Assembly (NCBI GenBank): GCA_964486215.1
Contig: CAZALI010000004.1
Coordinates: 1-63,377, forward strand
Reading direction: 5' to 3'
Source: an uncultured Muribaculaceae bacterium
GTDB lineage: Bacteria > Bacillota_I > Bacilli_A > RF39 > UBA660
Length of the DNA: 63,377 nucleotides
The notes below the pieces were generated by a model. The model made no database searches. It saw only the letters and a list, made by a program, of their open reading frames with translations, and was not told the origin of the DNA. Within the stretch, counting starts at the first letter, position 1; every line of letters starts with the position of its first letter. Made by a program: the position numbers and the translations under genes. Shown piece by piece: positions 49,643-59,450 of this stretch.

Positions 49643-49986
49643 TTAATAGATTATATATAACTGCTTTTGTAATAATAGTATTATTACTAATTATAATAAT
49701 TGATCTCCTAAAAAAAGGAAGAATACCTGTCAAATATGCTATAGCTTGGTGTTTTGCTTTAGTATTTGGATGCATATTACTAGCTATACCAAACTTATTA
49801 TCAACTATTTCTAAATTCTTAGGATTTGAATTACCATCTAATATGGTTTTAACAGTCTTTATACTATTACTATTCTTAATTACTATAGTATTAACTGTTA
49901 TGATAGCTGGTCAAAAGAAAAAGACTACTTTATTGATACAAGAAGTATCACTATTAAAAGAGCAATTACAAAAACAAAAAAAATAG
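49639..49986 (+). CDS. Small 4-TM membrane protein (DUF2304-like)
   Basis: 115 aa. LLKKGRIPVKYAIAW after TM1 and a C-terminal coiled tail. ATGA overlap with the upstream GT2. Confidence 0.7.
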   Translation: MINRLYITAFVIIVLLLIIIIDLLKKGRIPVKYAIAWCFALVFGCILLAIPNLLSTISKFLGFELPSNMVLTVFILLLFLITIVLTVMIAGQKKKTTLLIQEVSLLKEQLQKQKK

Positions 49987-49999
49987 ACAGGAGACTACT

Positions 50000-52039
50000 A
50001 TGAAAAAAGCATTATTAATAATTACAATCTTAATAATTTCTGGTTGTGGAGTATTGTCATATATTTTAGGATATGAAGCACAAAAAATAAATGAATATAA
50101 GTTTTATACTGATAATAAAGACCTTCAAATAACTAGTATTTATATTGGAGATAGAATTCGTTCTAATAAAAACTATTTAAATAAAAATACTGAGTTAGAT
50201 AAAGAAACAAATAATATTATTTTAAAGAAAGAGAGTAGATATACTCCTTTTTTGACCATTAAAAGAACAAAAATAGATAATATTTATATTCAATTTGAAA
50301 GTAAAACAGAAACTGGAGAAATATCAGTAGAAGAAAATTCTAAACTAACAGACGTTATTAGTATTAAAAATAATAGTAAATATACTTATAGTAATTCCAC
50401 GGCCAGTTTAATAATTAATTATATTAAGAATATTAATATTAAACAGATATTATTATTAATATTAATAGCTCTAGTAGAAGGAATAATTACTTTTATATGT
50501 TTAAAATATATATTAAAATTCTTAGATAATTTAGATAAAATAACTATTCCTAAAATAATACTATTTGTATTATCTGAATTTATATTATTTTTACTTTCTT
50601 ATTATGTATTAATATTAGTATTTGGTCTATTAACTTTAGTACCAATCTTTATACTTTTAATACACTATATTATAAAGAATAAAGAACTTATTAAAAATAA
50701 TCTACAAGTATGTTATGTATTAATTGCTACTACTGTAGGTATAATGATGCTATTTACTATACCACCGATGAATGTACCAGATGAAAATATTCACTTTTGT
50801 AAAATATTTGTTGCTGCTTCTACAGATGATTATTATATTAAAGGTAAAGATCACCTACCAGTTGAAGTAGAAGAGTTTGTAGCTAACTACAAAGATGGTA
50901 CTTTAGATGCTAGATATAAATTATCTCCTAGAACTTATTTCTATGATATGTATAATACTTTAAATTATAGAAGATTATCTCATGATACTAGACTACATAG
51001 AAAAACAGCTGGATTATATGTAATGTCTTATATACCAGCCTTAATGACCATATTAGTAACTAAAATAATTAATATGCCTATTTATTATGTATTTATATTA
51101 GCTAGATTAGTTAACTTAATAGTACTTATTTGTACTATATATTATGTAATAAAAAATATCTCTTACTTTAAAAAAGCTTTCTTTGTAGTAGGACTTTTAC
51201 CAATAGTATTACATCAAGCTGCTGCAGTTAACCAAGATTGTATAACGAATGCTATATTTATTTTTGTACTTTATAAATTTATAAACTTAATATTTGGTGA
51301 AGATAAAGCTGATCTTAATAATATGGCTATTTTATTCGTATCGGCATTATGTCTATCTTGTTGTAAATTTGGCTATTTCCCAGTAAGCTTCTTAGCTCTT
51401 TTAATCCCGGCTAATAAATTTACTAGTAAAAAGTTATACCATATAACAAGATTATTATTTATATTCATTCCAATGTTATTGTCATTATATACAGCTGGAG
51501 CTGGTACTAAGCTAGCTGGTCATATAGGTAATTATAATTATCGAGATCATTATAGAGTAAATTTAATATGGACTAATCCCAAACTATTTATCATAATATT
51601 ATATAATACTATTATACATAGATTAGATTTAGACTTCTTTAGAGGTCTAATAGATGGTTATGGTTGGTCTACAAAATGGACATCTAGTTTACCACTATTT
51701 ATATCTCAAACATCATTAATGTTATTAGTATTATGTAAAGATAAGAATGATAAGAAAATGAATTTAATTCAAATATTAGCTTTCTTAATTATAATTGCTA
51801 TGATATGTGCTATTATTTATGGCTCAATGCTATTTGGTTGGACTATAGTAGGTAGTACTAGTATTGATGGGCTACAACCACGATACTTTGTACCAGTAAC
51901 TTTAATGCTAATAATGGTATTATCTAATATAAAAATATTTGATATAAAAGTAGAAAATAAGAACTTGTATTATGCTATATCAATTATAATTATTAATATA
52001 GTAGCTGTGTATACATTACTCACAAGTTTTTACATATAA
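50000..52039 (+). CDS. Large polytopic membrane protein (DUF2142-like, GT-C-type candidate)
   Basis: At least 12 TM segments and the PPMNVPDENIHF motif after the first core TM. The N-terminus has a lipobox-like IISGC followed by an extra domain of about 150 aa. Confidence 0.7.
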   Translation: MKKALLIITILIISGCGVLSYILGYEAQKINEYKFYTDNKDLQITSIYIGDRIRSNKNYLNKNTELDKETNNIILKKESRYTPFLTIKRTKIDNIYIQFESKTETGEISVEENSKLTDVISIKNNSKYTYSNSTASLIINYIKNINIKQILLLILIALVEGIITFICLKYILKFLDNLDKITIPKIILFVLSEFILFLLSYYVLILVFGLLTLVPIFILLIHYIIKNKELIKNNLQVCYVLIATTVGIMMLFTIPPMNVPDENIHFCKIFVAASTDDYYIKGKDHLPVEVEEFVANYKDGTLDARYKLSPRTYFYDMYNTLNYRRLSHDTRLHRKTAGLYVMSYIPALMTILVTKIINMPIYYVFILARLVNLIVLICTIYYVIKNISYFKKAFFVVGLLPIVLHQAAAVNQDCITNAIFIFVLYKFINLIFGEDKADLNNMAILFVSALCLSCCKFGYFPVSFLALLIPANKFTSKKLYHITRLLFIFIPMLLSLYTAGAGTKLAGHIGNYNYRDHYRVNLIWTNPKLFIIILYNTIIHRLDLDFFRGLIDGYGWSTKWTSSLPLFISQTSLMLLVLCKDKNDKKMNLIQILAFLIIIAMICAIIYGSMLFGWTIVGSTSIDGLQPRYFVPVTLMLIMVLSNIKIFDIKVENKNLYYAISIIIINIVAVYTLLTSFYI

Positions 52040-52067
52040 AGTTAATAGATACTATTAACTTTTTTTT
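52039..52067 (+). terminator. Rho-independent terminator
   Basis: 10-bp stem AAGTTAATAG / CTATTAACTT followed by a T-run. Confidence 0.7.
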
Positions 52068-52080
52068 ATAAAAAGAAATA

Positions 52081-52089
52081 TGATATAAT
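52081..52089 (+). promoter_or_regulatory. Extended -10 promoter (TGATATAAT)
   Basis: Exact 9-mer, 24 nt upstream of the 52113 start. Confidence 0.5.
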
Positions 52090-52112
52090 TAGTATGATTA
52101 TGGAGTGATTTT

Positions 52113-53231
52113 ATGAATAAAACTATCTTAATATTCACAGCTTATTATCTTCCACACTTAGGTGGAATTGAAAGATACTTAGATAATTTAATGCATGAAC
52201 TAGTAAAATTAAAAGTACGAGTAATACTAGTCACATCTAATTATAATGATGATAAAAAACATGAAGTACAAGATGGTATAGAAATATATAGAATACCAGT
52301 CTTTAATATTTTTAAAAACAGATATCCTATATTTAAATTAAATAGTGAAGAAAGAGGAGTATTAAAAGAACTAGATAAAGAAAAAATAGATGCCATAATA
52401 GTTAATACTCGTTTTCACTTATCTTCTCATATAGGAGCTAAATATGGGAAAAAGAGAAGTATACCAGTCTTCTTAATCGAACATGGTTCACAGTATGTAA
52501 CATTAGATAATAAATTTATTGATTTCTTCGCTAATAGATATGAAGACTTTCTAACTTGGAAAATAAGGAACAAAATAACTGCTTGGTATGGAGCTTCTCC
52601 ATCTAGCTGTAACTGGTTAAAACACTTTAATATAGAAGCTGCTGGTTACTGGAATAATGGTATTAATACTAATTTAAAACTACCAGAGAAAAAGAAACAT
52701 CAAGGTATAAATTTCTTATATGCAGGAAGACTAATTAAACAAAAAGGAGTAGGTAATATCCTAGAAGCTTTTACTGAATTAGAAAAGAAATATAATAATA
52801 TAAAAATTAATATAGCTGGTTCTGGAGCAGAATTAGATTATTACAAAGAAAATTATAAAAGTAAAAATATTAAATTCTTAGGTCAAATAGATTTTTCTAA
52901 ATTATTAGAGTATTTTTCTAAAAGTGATGTTTTCTTGTATCCATCACTTTGGCCAGAAGCATTAGCTTCATCAGTATTAGAAGCTGGTCTAATGGAAGTA
53001 TCTACTATTGGTACTACTCAACCAGGTATTATAGATATCCTAGATGAAAATAATGGTATACTAATAGATGGTAGTGTAGAAGAATTAAAAGAATCTATGG
53101 AATTATTAATAAAAGATAAAGAATTAAGAGATAAATTAGCTAAGCAGTTACACAAAGATGTTCTTAAGAAATTTGCTTGGAATAATAATGCTAAAAAAGT
53201 ATTAAAAGATATAGATAAATATCTAAAATAG
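52113..53231 (+). CDS. GT4-family glycosyltransferase
   Basis: FTAYYLPHLGGIERYL at the N-terminus and a C-terminal GT-B block PSLWPEALASSVLEA. Confidence 0.85.
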   Translation: MNKTILIFTAYYLPHLGGIERYLDNLMHELVKLKVRVILVTSNYNDDKKHEVQDGIEIYRIPVFNIFKNRYPIFKLNSEERGVLKELDKEKIDAIIVNTRFHLSSHIGAKYGKKRSIPVFLIEHGSQYVTLDNKFIDFFANRYEDFLTWKIRNKITAWYGASPSSCNWLKHFNIEAAGYWNNGINTNLKLPEKKKHQGINFLYAGRLIKQKGVGNILEAFTELEKKYNNIKINIAGSGAELDYYKENYKSKNIKFLGQIDFSKLLEYFSKSDVFLYPSLWPEALASSVLEAGLMEVSTIGTTQPGIIDILDENNGILIDGSVEELKESMELLIKDKELRDKLAKQLHKDVLKKFAWNNNAKKVLKDIDKYLK

Positions 53232-53240
53232 GAGATAAAT

Positions 53241-54761
53241 ATGCGGGTTAAAAAATCATTTTTAAATGCTACAACTAATTCACTGATACTAGTAATTAGA
53301 TCAGTATTAATGTTTGCTGTTAGAATAGTATTTGTAAAGACATTAGGTCAAACTCTACTAGGTGTAGATAGCCTATTTACTAATTTATTACTAGTACTAT
53401 CAATGGCTGATTCAGGTATAAGTACAGCTATAAACTTTAGTCTATATAAACCATTATCAGATAAAGATTATGATAAAGTAAGTATCTTAATGTCTTTCTA
53501 TAAGAGAGTATATAGAACTCTAGGATTAATTGTAATTGGTATAGGTATAGCTTTTATACCATGTTTAAGTATTATTATAAAAGAACCAGTAGAGAATTTA
53601 TATTTATTATATTTGATATATCTCGCAACTACTGCGATTACATACTTTATATCATATAAAGATGCTTTATTAAATGCTGATCAAAACTACTATAAATCAA
53701 GTATTATAGTAGGTTCTACTTATAGTTTAATGTATATTACTAGAATAATATTCTTAATTGTAATGCCTAACTTTATAATATATGCACTTATACAATTAAT
53801 AATGATGTTTATTCAAAGAATATTAATAAATAGATATATTACTAAACAGTATTCTCATATTAAATTTAATTTAAAAGAAAAACTACCTAAAAAAGAAACA
53901 AAAGAAATATTTAATAAGATAGAATCTATGTTTATAAATAAACTAGGTGGTTTCTTAGTAAATGGTACTGATAATATTATAATATCTGCTACTTTAAAAT
54001 CTGGATTAGGAGTAGTAGCTGTTTATACTAATTTCTATTCTATAGTTAATACAGTTGATACTATTATTACTAGAGGTTTAAGTGGAGTAACATCTAGTTT
54101 TGGAGATCTAGCTGTCAATGAATCTAAAAAGACTCAAGAAGATGTCTTTAATAATCTAAACTTTATATCATTTGTAATATATGGATTATTCTTTGTAGGT
54201 TTCTATTTCTTATTAAATGAATTAATAGTAATCTTCTTTGGTAATAACTTTAAACTAGGTTTAAGTATAATATTACTAATATGTTTAAACTTCTATATAA
54301 CTGGTATTCTAAAACCATTAGACGTTGTTAAAGAAGCTACAGGTAACTTTGTCCATGATAAATATGTTAACTTGATGCAAGCAGGAATAAATATTATTCT
54401 ATCAATTATCTTAGCTAAGTACTTAGGCTTATTCGGAATAGTACTCGCAACATTCTTAAGTTATGTCTTACTTCCATTATGGAATAGACCATATGTAACA
54501 TACAAATATACTTTTAATAAGAATCCATTTAATTACTTTAAAATTCATATTAAATATGCTCTTAGCTTAGTATTGATAATTTTCTTAATAAGTTTAATTA
54601 TAGATAAGATAGTAATAAGCAGTTTAATATTAGACTTTATAGTTAAAAGTATCATAATATCAATTCTCTATTTATTATTAATAATACTTATTTATTTCAA
54701 AACACCAGAGTATAAATTCTATTATAATTTAGTAAAAAAAGTATTAAAAAAGACTAATTAA
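53241..54761 (+). CDS. Wzx-like oligosaccharide flippase (MOP superfamily)
   Basis: About 14 TM segments and an N-terminal block typical of polysaccharide biosynthesis/flippase proteins. Confidence 0.8.
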   Translation: MRVKKSFLNATTNSLILVIRSVLMFAVRIVFVKTLGQTLLGVDSLFTNLLLVLSMADSGISTAINFSLYKPLSDKDYDKVSILMSFYKRVYRTLGLIVIGIGIAFIPCLSIIIKEPVENLYLLYLIYLATTAITYFISYKDALLNADQNYYKSSIIVGSTYSLMYITRIIFLIVMPNFIIYALIQLIMMFIQRILINRYITKQYSHIKFNLKEKLPKKETKEIFNKIESMFINKLGGFLVNGTDNIIISATLKSGLGVVAVYTNFYSIVNTVDTIITRGLSGVTSSFGDLAVNESKKTQEDVFNNLNFISFVIYGLFFVGFYFLLNELIVIFFGNNFKLGLSIILLICLNFYITGILKPLDVVKEATGNFVHDKYVNLMQAGINIILSIILAKYLGLFGIVLATFLSYVLLPLWNRPYVTYKYTFNKNPFNYFKIHIKYALSLVLIIFLISLIIDKIVISSLILDFIVKSIIISILYLLLIILIYFKTPEYKFYYNLVKKVLKKTN

Positions 54762-54773
54762 TTAGTCTTTTTC
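54746..54773. terminator. Bidirectional terminator shared by convergent flippase and licD genes
   Basis: 11-bp perfect palindrome AAAAAGACTAA-TTAA-TTAGTCTTTTT. Both stop codons (54759..54761 and 54762..54764) lie in its loop and stem. Confidence 0.7.
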
Positions 54774-55607
54774 TTTTGGAAACTTTATTTCTAATACTGG
54801 ATGACAAACTCTTTTATCTTTAGGAGGTAATTTCATATAATCACCATAATAATGTCTTAGTATTTCGTCATATCTCTTAGGTATAAAAACTTTTAAACTT
54901 TCAAAATCATGTTCAATAGGATCAGTTAAATACTCTTTATCAATAATTTCTTTAAATAGATATGTTCCTGCATAAGAAGCTATCATTTTAGTATCTTTAT
55001 TATTATCTTTTCTCATCAATTTAGAAAGTCTTTTCTTTAATCTTTCACCATTATAGAAAACAGATAATATACTTATTATTTTAATAATAGTATTCTTTTT
55101 CTTATCTTCCATATAATTTAGATGATTATATTTCTTTAATAAAATCATTTTTAAACAATAAATATGAAAATATCTTAGTTTAGAAAAGAATGAATCATCT
55201 TTAATATTATCAAAAGCAAATACGTCAATCCATATACCAGCTCTACTATCATCTTTAGAAGAAGTAACCTCTAAGTACTTTGAATCCTTTCTTTTTAATT
55301 TAGAGAAAAGCATACCACATTCTTTATCAGTTTCTATAGACTCAAAAAAGAATCTCTTTTTATCTAATTCTTTAGCTTGTACTTTTATGAATTTATCATA
55401 ATTATCTCTAGTAAGACATACATCAACATCATCATCCCAAGGAATAAATCCATTATGTCTAACAGCTCCAATTAATGATCCACCAATAAGATAGTATTCA
55501 ATTTTATTCTTTCTACAAATTCTATCAAATTCTTTTAGAATTTCTAGTTCTACATCATGAAGTTTTTTTAATTGTTTATCAGTTAAAGTAATTGACTTTT
55601 TTCCCAT
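54762..55607 (-). CDS. LicD-family phosphotransferase
   Basis: YYLIGGSLIGAVRHNGFIPWDDDVDV and WIDVFAFD motifs of LicD/fukutin-type nucleotidyl/phosphotransferases. Confidence 0.85.
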   Translation of the reverse strand: MGKKSITLTDKQLKKLHDVELEILKEFDRICRKNKIEYYLIGGSLIGAVRHNGFIPWDDDVDVCLTRDNYDKFIKVQAKELDKKRFFFESIETDKECGMLFSKLKRKDSKYLEVTSSKDDSRAGIWIDVFAFDNIKDDSFFSKLRYFHIYCLKMILLKKYNHLNYMEDKKKNTIIKIISILSVFYNGERLKKRLSKLMRKDNNKDTKMIASYAGTYLFKEIIDKEYLTDPIEHDFESLKVFIPKRYDEILRHYYGDYMKLPPKDKRVCHPVLEIKFPKEKD

Positions 55608-55678
55608 ATTATCACCAAAATGATTATAACATTATTGAATACTATTGTCTAATAAAGCTTTATGTTAAAATTTAGTTA

Positions 55679-55687
55679 TGCTATAAT
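55679..55687 (+). promoter_or_regulatory. Extended -10 promoter (TGCTATAAT) of the cytidylyltransferase-SDR-araD operon
   Basis: TGnTATAAT, 26 nt upstream of ATG 55713 (SD AGGAGG). Confidence 0.5.
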
Positions 55688-55712
55688 GAAATTGAAATAC
55701 TAGGAGGTTTTT

Positions 55713-56432
55713 ATGAAAAAAGTTGCAATTATCATAGCTGGTGGTGTAGGAGCTCGTATGGAGCAATCTATACCTAAACAGTTTTTAAATGTAGGCGAAA
55801 AACCTATAATTATCTATACATTGGAGGCTTTCCAAAGACATCCAAATATTGATTCAATAATTGTAGTATGCCTAGATGGGTGGCATGAAATATTAAAATC
55901 TTATGCTAAACAATTTAATATTACTAAATTAGAATCAGTAGTATCAGGTGGAGAAAATGGACAAGGCTCTATTAAAAATGGCTTAGATGAAGCTAAGAGA
56001 TTAGGCTATAAAAAGAATGACATAGTACTAATACATGATGCTATAAGACCTATGGTCGATAATGAAACATTATCTGCTAACATTGCTACAGCAGAAAAAT
56101 ATGGTAATGCTACTGTAGTAGTTCCAGTCACAACAGTAGTCCTAAAGAAAGGTAGACATGAAGAATATTCAGAAAAAGTTGTTAATAGAGATGGCCTATA
56201 TTTAACACAAACACCTCAATCATTTAAATTAGGAGAGATATTAAGTGCTCATAAAGAAGCTAAAGAAAAAGGTATAACAAACTCCGTAGCTAGTTGTGAT
56301 TTATATACTAAGTTAGGTAGAAAAGTTTATTATTCACCTGGATCTGAAACTAATATAAAATTAACTAGACCTGGTGATATTCTAATATTTAAGGCTTTAC
56401 TAAATACTAAAAAGCCAGATTGGATGTCTTAA
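55713..56432 (+). CDS. IspD/TarI-family pentose/pentitol-phosphate cytidylyltransferase (copy 2)
   Basis: VAIIIAGGVGARMEQSIPKQF, IHDAIRP, TQTPQSF, which are classic IspD/TarI blocks. Confidence 0.85.
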   Translation: MKKVAIIIAGGVGARMEQSIPKQFLNVGEKPIIIYTLEAFQRHPNIDSIIVVCLDGWHEILKSYAKQFNITKLESVVSGGENGQGSIKNGLDEAKRLGYKKNDIVLIHDAIRPMVDNETLSANIATAEKYGNATVVVPVTTVVLKKGRHEEYSEKVVNRDGLYLTQTPQSFKLGEILSAHKEAKEKGITNSVASCDLYTKLGRKVYYSPGSETNIKLTRPGDILIFKALLNTKKPDWMS

Positions 56433-56433
56433 A

Positions 56434-57468
56434 ATGAATTTAACATTATATAAACAAGGTATTAAAAAAGTTTTAAAGTATAATTCTTTTGAAAAATTAA
56501 AGAACAAATCAATATTAATACTAGGAGCTAATGGTTTAATAGGTTCCGGAATAATAGATGTATTAGCATACTTAAATTCTGAATTGAACTATAATATTAA
56601 GATAATATGTTCTGTTAGAAATAAAAATAAGATATTAGAGAGATTCAATTCATATAATAATTTAAAAATAGTAGAACAAGATTTATTAAAAGATTTTACT
56701 ATAACAGAAAAAGTTGATTATGTAATAAATGCTGCTAGTAATGCTCATCCATTAGCTTTTTCTACAGATCCAGTTGGTACTATAAGTGCTAATTTCATTG
56801 GTACAAAAAACATCTTAGAATATTGTAAAAGTAATAAAGTAAAAAGAATGCTATTTATTTCTTCAGGAGAAATATATGGACAGGGTAGTGATGACATAAA
56901 AGCTTTTAAAGAAGACTATAGTGGTAAGATAAATTCAACAGATTTTAGAAGTTGTTATCCAATAGGTAAACTAGCTGCTGAATCACTATGTGCCTCTTAT
57001 TTGGAAGAATATGGAGTAAAAACTGTTATTGCTAGATTATGTCATACTTATGGACCAACTCAACAAGAAAACGATAGTAGAGCATCACAACAATTTATAA
57101 AGAATGTTTTAAATGATAAAGATATTGTTTTAAAGAGTCCAGGCGTACAAGTAAGATCATATTGCTATGTATTAGATTCTGTTACGGGAATTTTAAGAAT
57201 ACTATTAGATGGTAAAAGTGGTGAAGCCTATAATGTTGCTAATAATGCTTCAATTCTTTCTATCAGAGAATTTGCTGAAACTGTCGCAGCAACTAAAAAT
57301 AGAAAAGTAATTTTTGATATTCCAAGCGAAAGTGAAAAAAGAGGATACAATAAAGTCACTAGATCAGTTTTAGATGGAACTAAACTAGAAAAACTTGGTT
57401 GGAAACCAATATATGGATATAAAGATGGAATAAAAGAAACAATAGGAGTATTAGAAAATGTTAAATAA
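56434..57468 (+). CDS. Extended-SDR NAD(P)-dependent reductase/epimerase
   Basis: GANGLIGSG Rossmann motif and catalytic YPIGK (YxxxK). Starts 1 nt after the stop of the cytidylyltransferase gene. Confidence 0.8.
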   Translation: MNLTLYKQGIKKVLKYNSFEKLKNKSILILGANGLIGSGIIDVLAYLNSELNYNIKIICSVRNKNKILERFNSYNNLKIVEQDLLKDFTITEKVDYVINAASNAHPLAFSTDPVGTISANFIGTKNILEYCKSNKVKRMLFISSGEIYGQGSDDIKAFKEDYSGKINSTDFRSCYPIGKLAAESLCASYLEEYGVKTVIARLCHTYGPTQQENDSRASQQFIKNVLNDKDIVLKSPGVQVRSYCYVLDSVTGILRILLDGKSGEAYNVANNASILSIREFAETVAATKNRKVIFDIPSESEKRGYNKVTRSVLDGTKLEKLGWKPIYGYKDGIKETIGVLENVK

Positions 57469-58147
57469 ATTAAAAAAAGAAGTTTATGAAGCTAATCTAG
57501 AATTAGTAAAACAAGATTTAGTTGTATATACTTGGGGAAATGTATCTGCTATAGATAGAAAATCTAACTTAGTAGTAATAAAACCAAGTGGAGTAGACTA
57601 TGCTACTATGAAAGTAGATGATATGGTTGTAGTAGACTTAGATGGAAATATTGTTGAAGGAAAATTAAGACCATCTTCAGATACTCCAACTCATCTAGAA
57701 TTATATAAACATTTTAAAGATATTGGTGCTGTAGTACATACACACTCTAGTTGGGCAACAGCTTGGGCTCAATCAGGTAGAGGCATTCCACCTTATGGTA
57801 CTACACATGCTGACACATTCTATGGAACTATACCATGTACTAGAGTATTAACTAAAGATGAAGTAAATAAAGATTATGAATTAAATACTGGTAAAGTAAT
57901 AGTAGAAACATTTAAAAATATAGATGAAAATGCTATTCCTGGAGTACTATGTAAAAGCCATGGACCATTTGTCTGGGGAAAAGATGCTAAAACAGCTGTC
58001 TATAATGCTAAAGTATTAGAAGAAGTAGCTAAAATGGCTTATCATACAGAAATATTAAATAAAGATATTAAAGAAGTTAATCAATACTTATTAGATAAAC
58101 ATTATTTAAGAAAACATGGTAAAAATGCTTATTACGGTCAAAAATAA
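57458..58147 (+). CDS. araD: L-ribulose-5-phosphate 4-epimerase (AraD-type class II aldolase fold)
   Basis: Near full-length collinearity with E. coli AraD as recalled: [62 protein letters not shown]. 11-nt overlap with the SDR gene. Confidence 0.85.
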   Translation: MLNKLKKEVYEANLELVKQDLVVYTWGNVSAIDRKSNLVVIKPSGVDYATMKVDDMVVVDLDGNIVEGKLRPSSDTPTHLELYKHFKDIGAVVHTHSSWATAWAQSGRGIPPYGTTHADTFYGTIPCTRVLTKDEVNKDYELNTGKVIVETFKNIDENAIPGVLCKSHGPFVWGKDAKTAVYNAKVLEEVAKMAYHTEILNKDIKEVNQYLLDKHYLRKHGKNAYYGQK

Positions 58148-58152
58148 GAGAG

Positions 58153-58178
58153 AAAAGAAGATTTATCTTCTTTTTTTG
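58153..58178 (+). terminator. Rho-independent terminator
   Basis: Stem AAAGAAGA / TCTTCTTT with loop TTTA and a T-run. Confidence 0.7.
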
Positions 58179-58261
58179 TGGAAAACAAATTAAATATTTG
58201 ATACAATGTTATTAAGAATAGATGAGGTAAGAGATATCAATAGGTGGGAACGGTGAATAAT

Positions 58262-59386
58262 ATGAAAAAAATAGAGAGAAACTCTAACCATGAATTAATG
58301 CGTATTATATCCATGTTTTTAATTGTATTGGGACATTCAATACTATTTGGAAACGCTCTTAAGAATTCACAAAATGAAAGTGTTACTATGATACTTATGA
58401 TTTGGGAATTCATTCTTCTAGTACACGTTAATTCTTTTGCTTTATTAACAGGTTATTATCAATCTAATAGTACTTTTAAACAATCAGCTCTTTGGAAAAT
58501 AATTAATCAAACTTTATTCTATAAAGCATTAATCTTAATTATTTTAACAGCTTTAGGTTTGATATCTTTAGGAAAAGTAGAAATATTAAAAGAACTATTT
58601 CCTATTAATATGACCCAGTATTGGTTTATAAAAGTATATTTCTTACTATATTGTCTTTCACCATTTCTAAATAAATTTATAAATGTCTTAAATAAAAAAG
58701 ATTTTAAAAGATTACTTATTGTTGGTTTTATACTATTCTCTATAATCCCAGCTATTACTAATTATGGGGCTTTTAGTAATAATGGATATACTCTATATAA
58801 TTTTATTTATTTATATTTTGTAGGTGCTTATTTAAGAATTTATCCACTAGACAAAAGTTATTTATTTAAAAGATTATCTAAGAATGCTTATCAATTATCT
58901 TTAATAGTAATATTTATTACTTCTGTAGCACTAAGATTTATCTTATATTATTTTGCGGATAGAATAGCTGGTACAAACTCTATTTTAGATGAAATAGCTA
59001 TAACTATTACACATGGTATGGATCATTATAGTAGACCACTTCTAATGATTCAAAGTATAGCTTATTTTTCTTGGTTTACTAGTATTACTATAAAATCTAA
59101 GATTATAAATAAAATATCTCCATTAGTACTAGGAGTATATATAATACATATTAATATGTATCTAAGAGAATTCTTGTTTAAATGGGTAGGTGTAGATAGA
59201 GGACCAACTTATTCTTATAGATTACTAATTGATGTTCTTTTAGGAACAATAATTATCTTTATAGCTTGCTTAGTAATAGAATATATTAGACAAGTAATAT
59301 TTAAATTTATTTATAAGAGAAAGATATCTAAAAAGATTAGAGATAGTTATTATAATTTATTACATAATATTTATATAAAAGACTAA
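58262..59386 (+). CDS. Acyl_transf_3 family membrane O-acyltransferase
   Basis: NHELMRIISMFLIVLGH... and about 10 TM segments. Start at ATG 58262. TGATACAAT lies at 58199..58207 upstream. Confidence 0.8.
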   Translation: MKKIERNSNHELMRIISMFLIVLGHSILFGNALKNSQNESVTMILMIWEFILLVHVNSFALLTGYYQSNSTFKQSALWKIINQTLFYKALILIILTALGLISLGKVEILKELFPINMTQYWFIKVYFLLYCLSPFLNKFINVLNKKDFKRLLIVGFILFSIIPAITNYGAFSNNGYTLYNFIYLYFVGAYLRIYPLDKSYLFKRLSKNAYQLSLIVIFITSVALRFILYYFADRIAGTNSILDEIAITITHGMDHYSRPLLMIQSIAYFSWFTSITIKSKIINKISPLVLGVYIIHINMYLREFLFKWVGVDRGPTYSYRLLIDVLLGTIIIFIACLVIEYIRQVIFKFIYKRKISKKIRDSYYNLLHNIYIKD

Positions 59387-59416
59387 GAATATAGAAATAT
59401 ATTCTTTTTTATTTTT
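59385..59416 (+). terminator. Rho-independent terminator
   Basis: Stem AAGAATATA / TATATTCTT with loop GAAA and a T-run. Confidence 0.7.
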
Positions 59417-59417
59417 A

Positions 59418-59426
59418 TGATATAAT
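59418..59426 (+). promoter_or_regulatory. Extended -10 promoter (TGATATAAT)
   Basis: Exact 9-mer, 25 nt upstream of ATG 59451 (SD GGGAGG). Confidence 0.5.
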
Positions 59427-59450
59427 AGAAGTAATTTGGGAGGTATTTTT

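Noticed and set aside
55623-55631. Minus-strand TGTTATAAT as the licD promoter
   Set aside because: It would place the transcription start at or inside the licD Shine-Dalgarno (about 55611..55615), leaving no functional leader. It is probably a chance AT-rich match.
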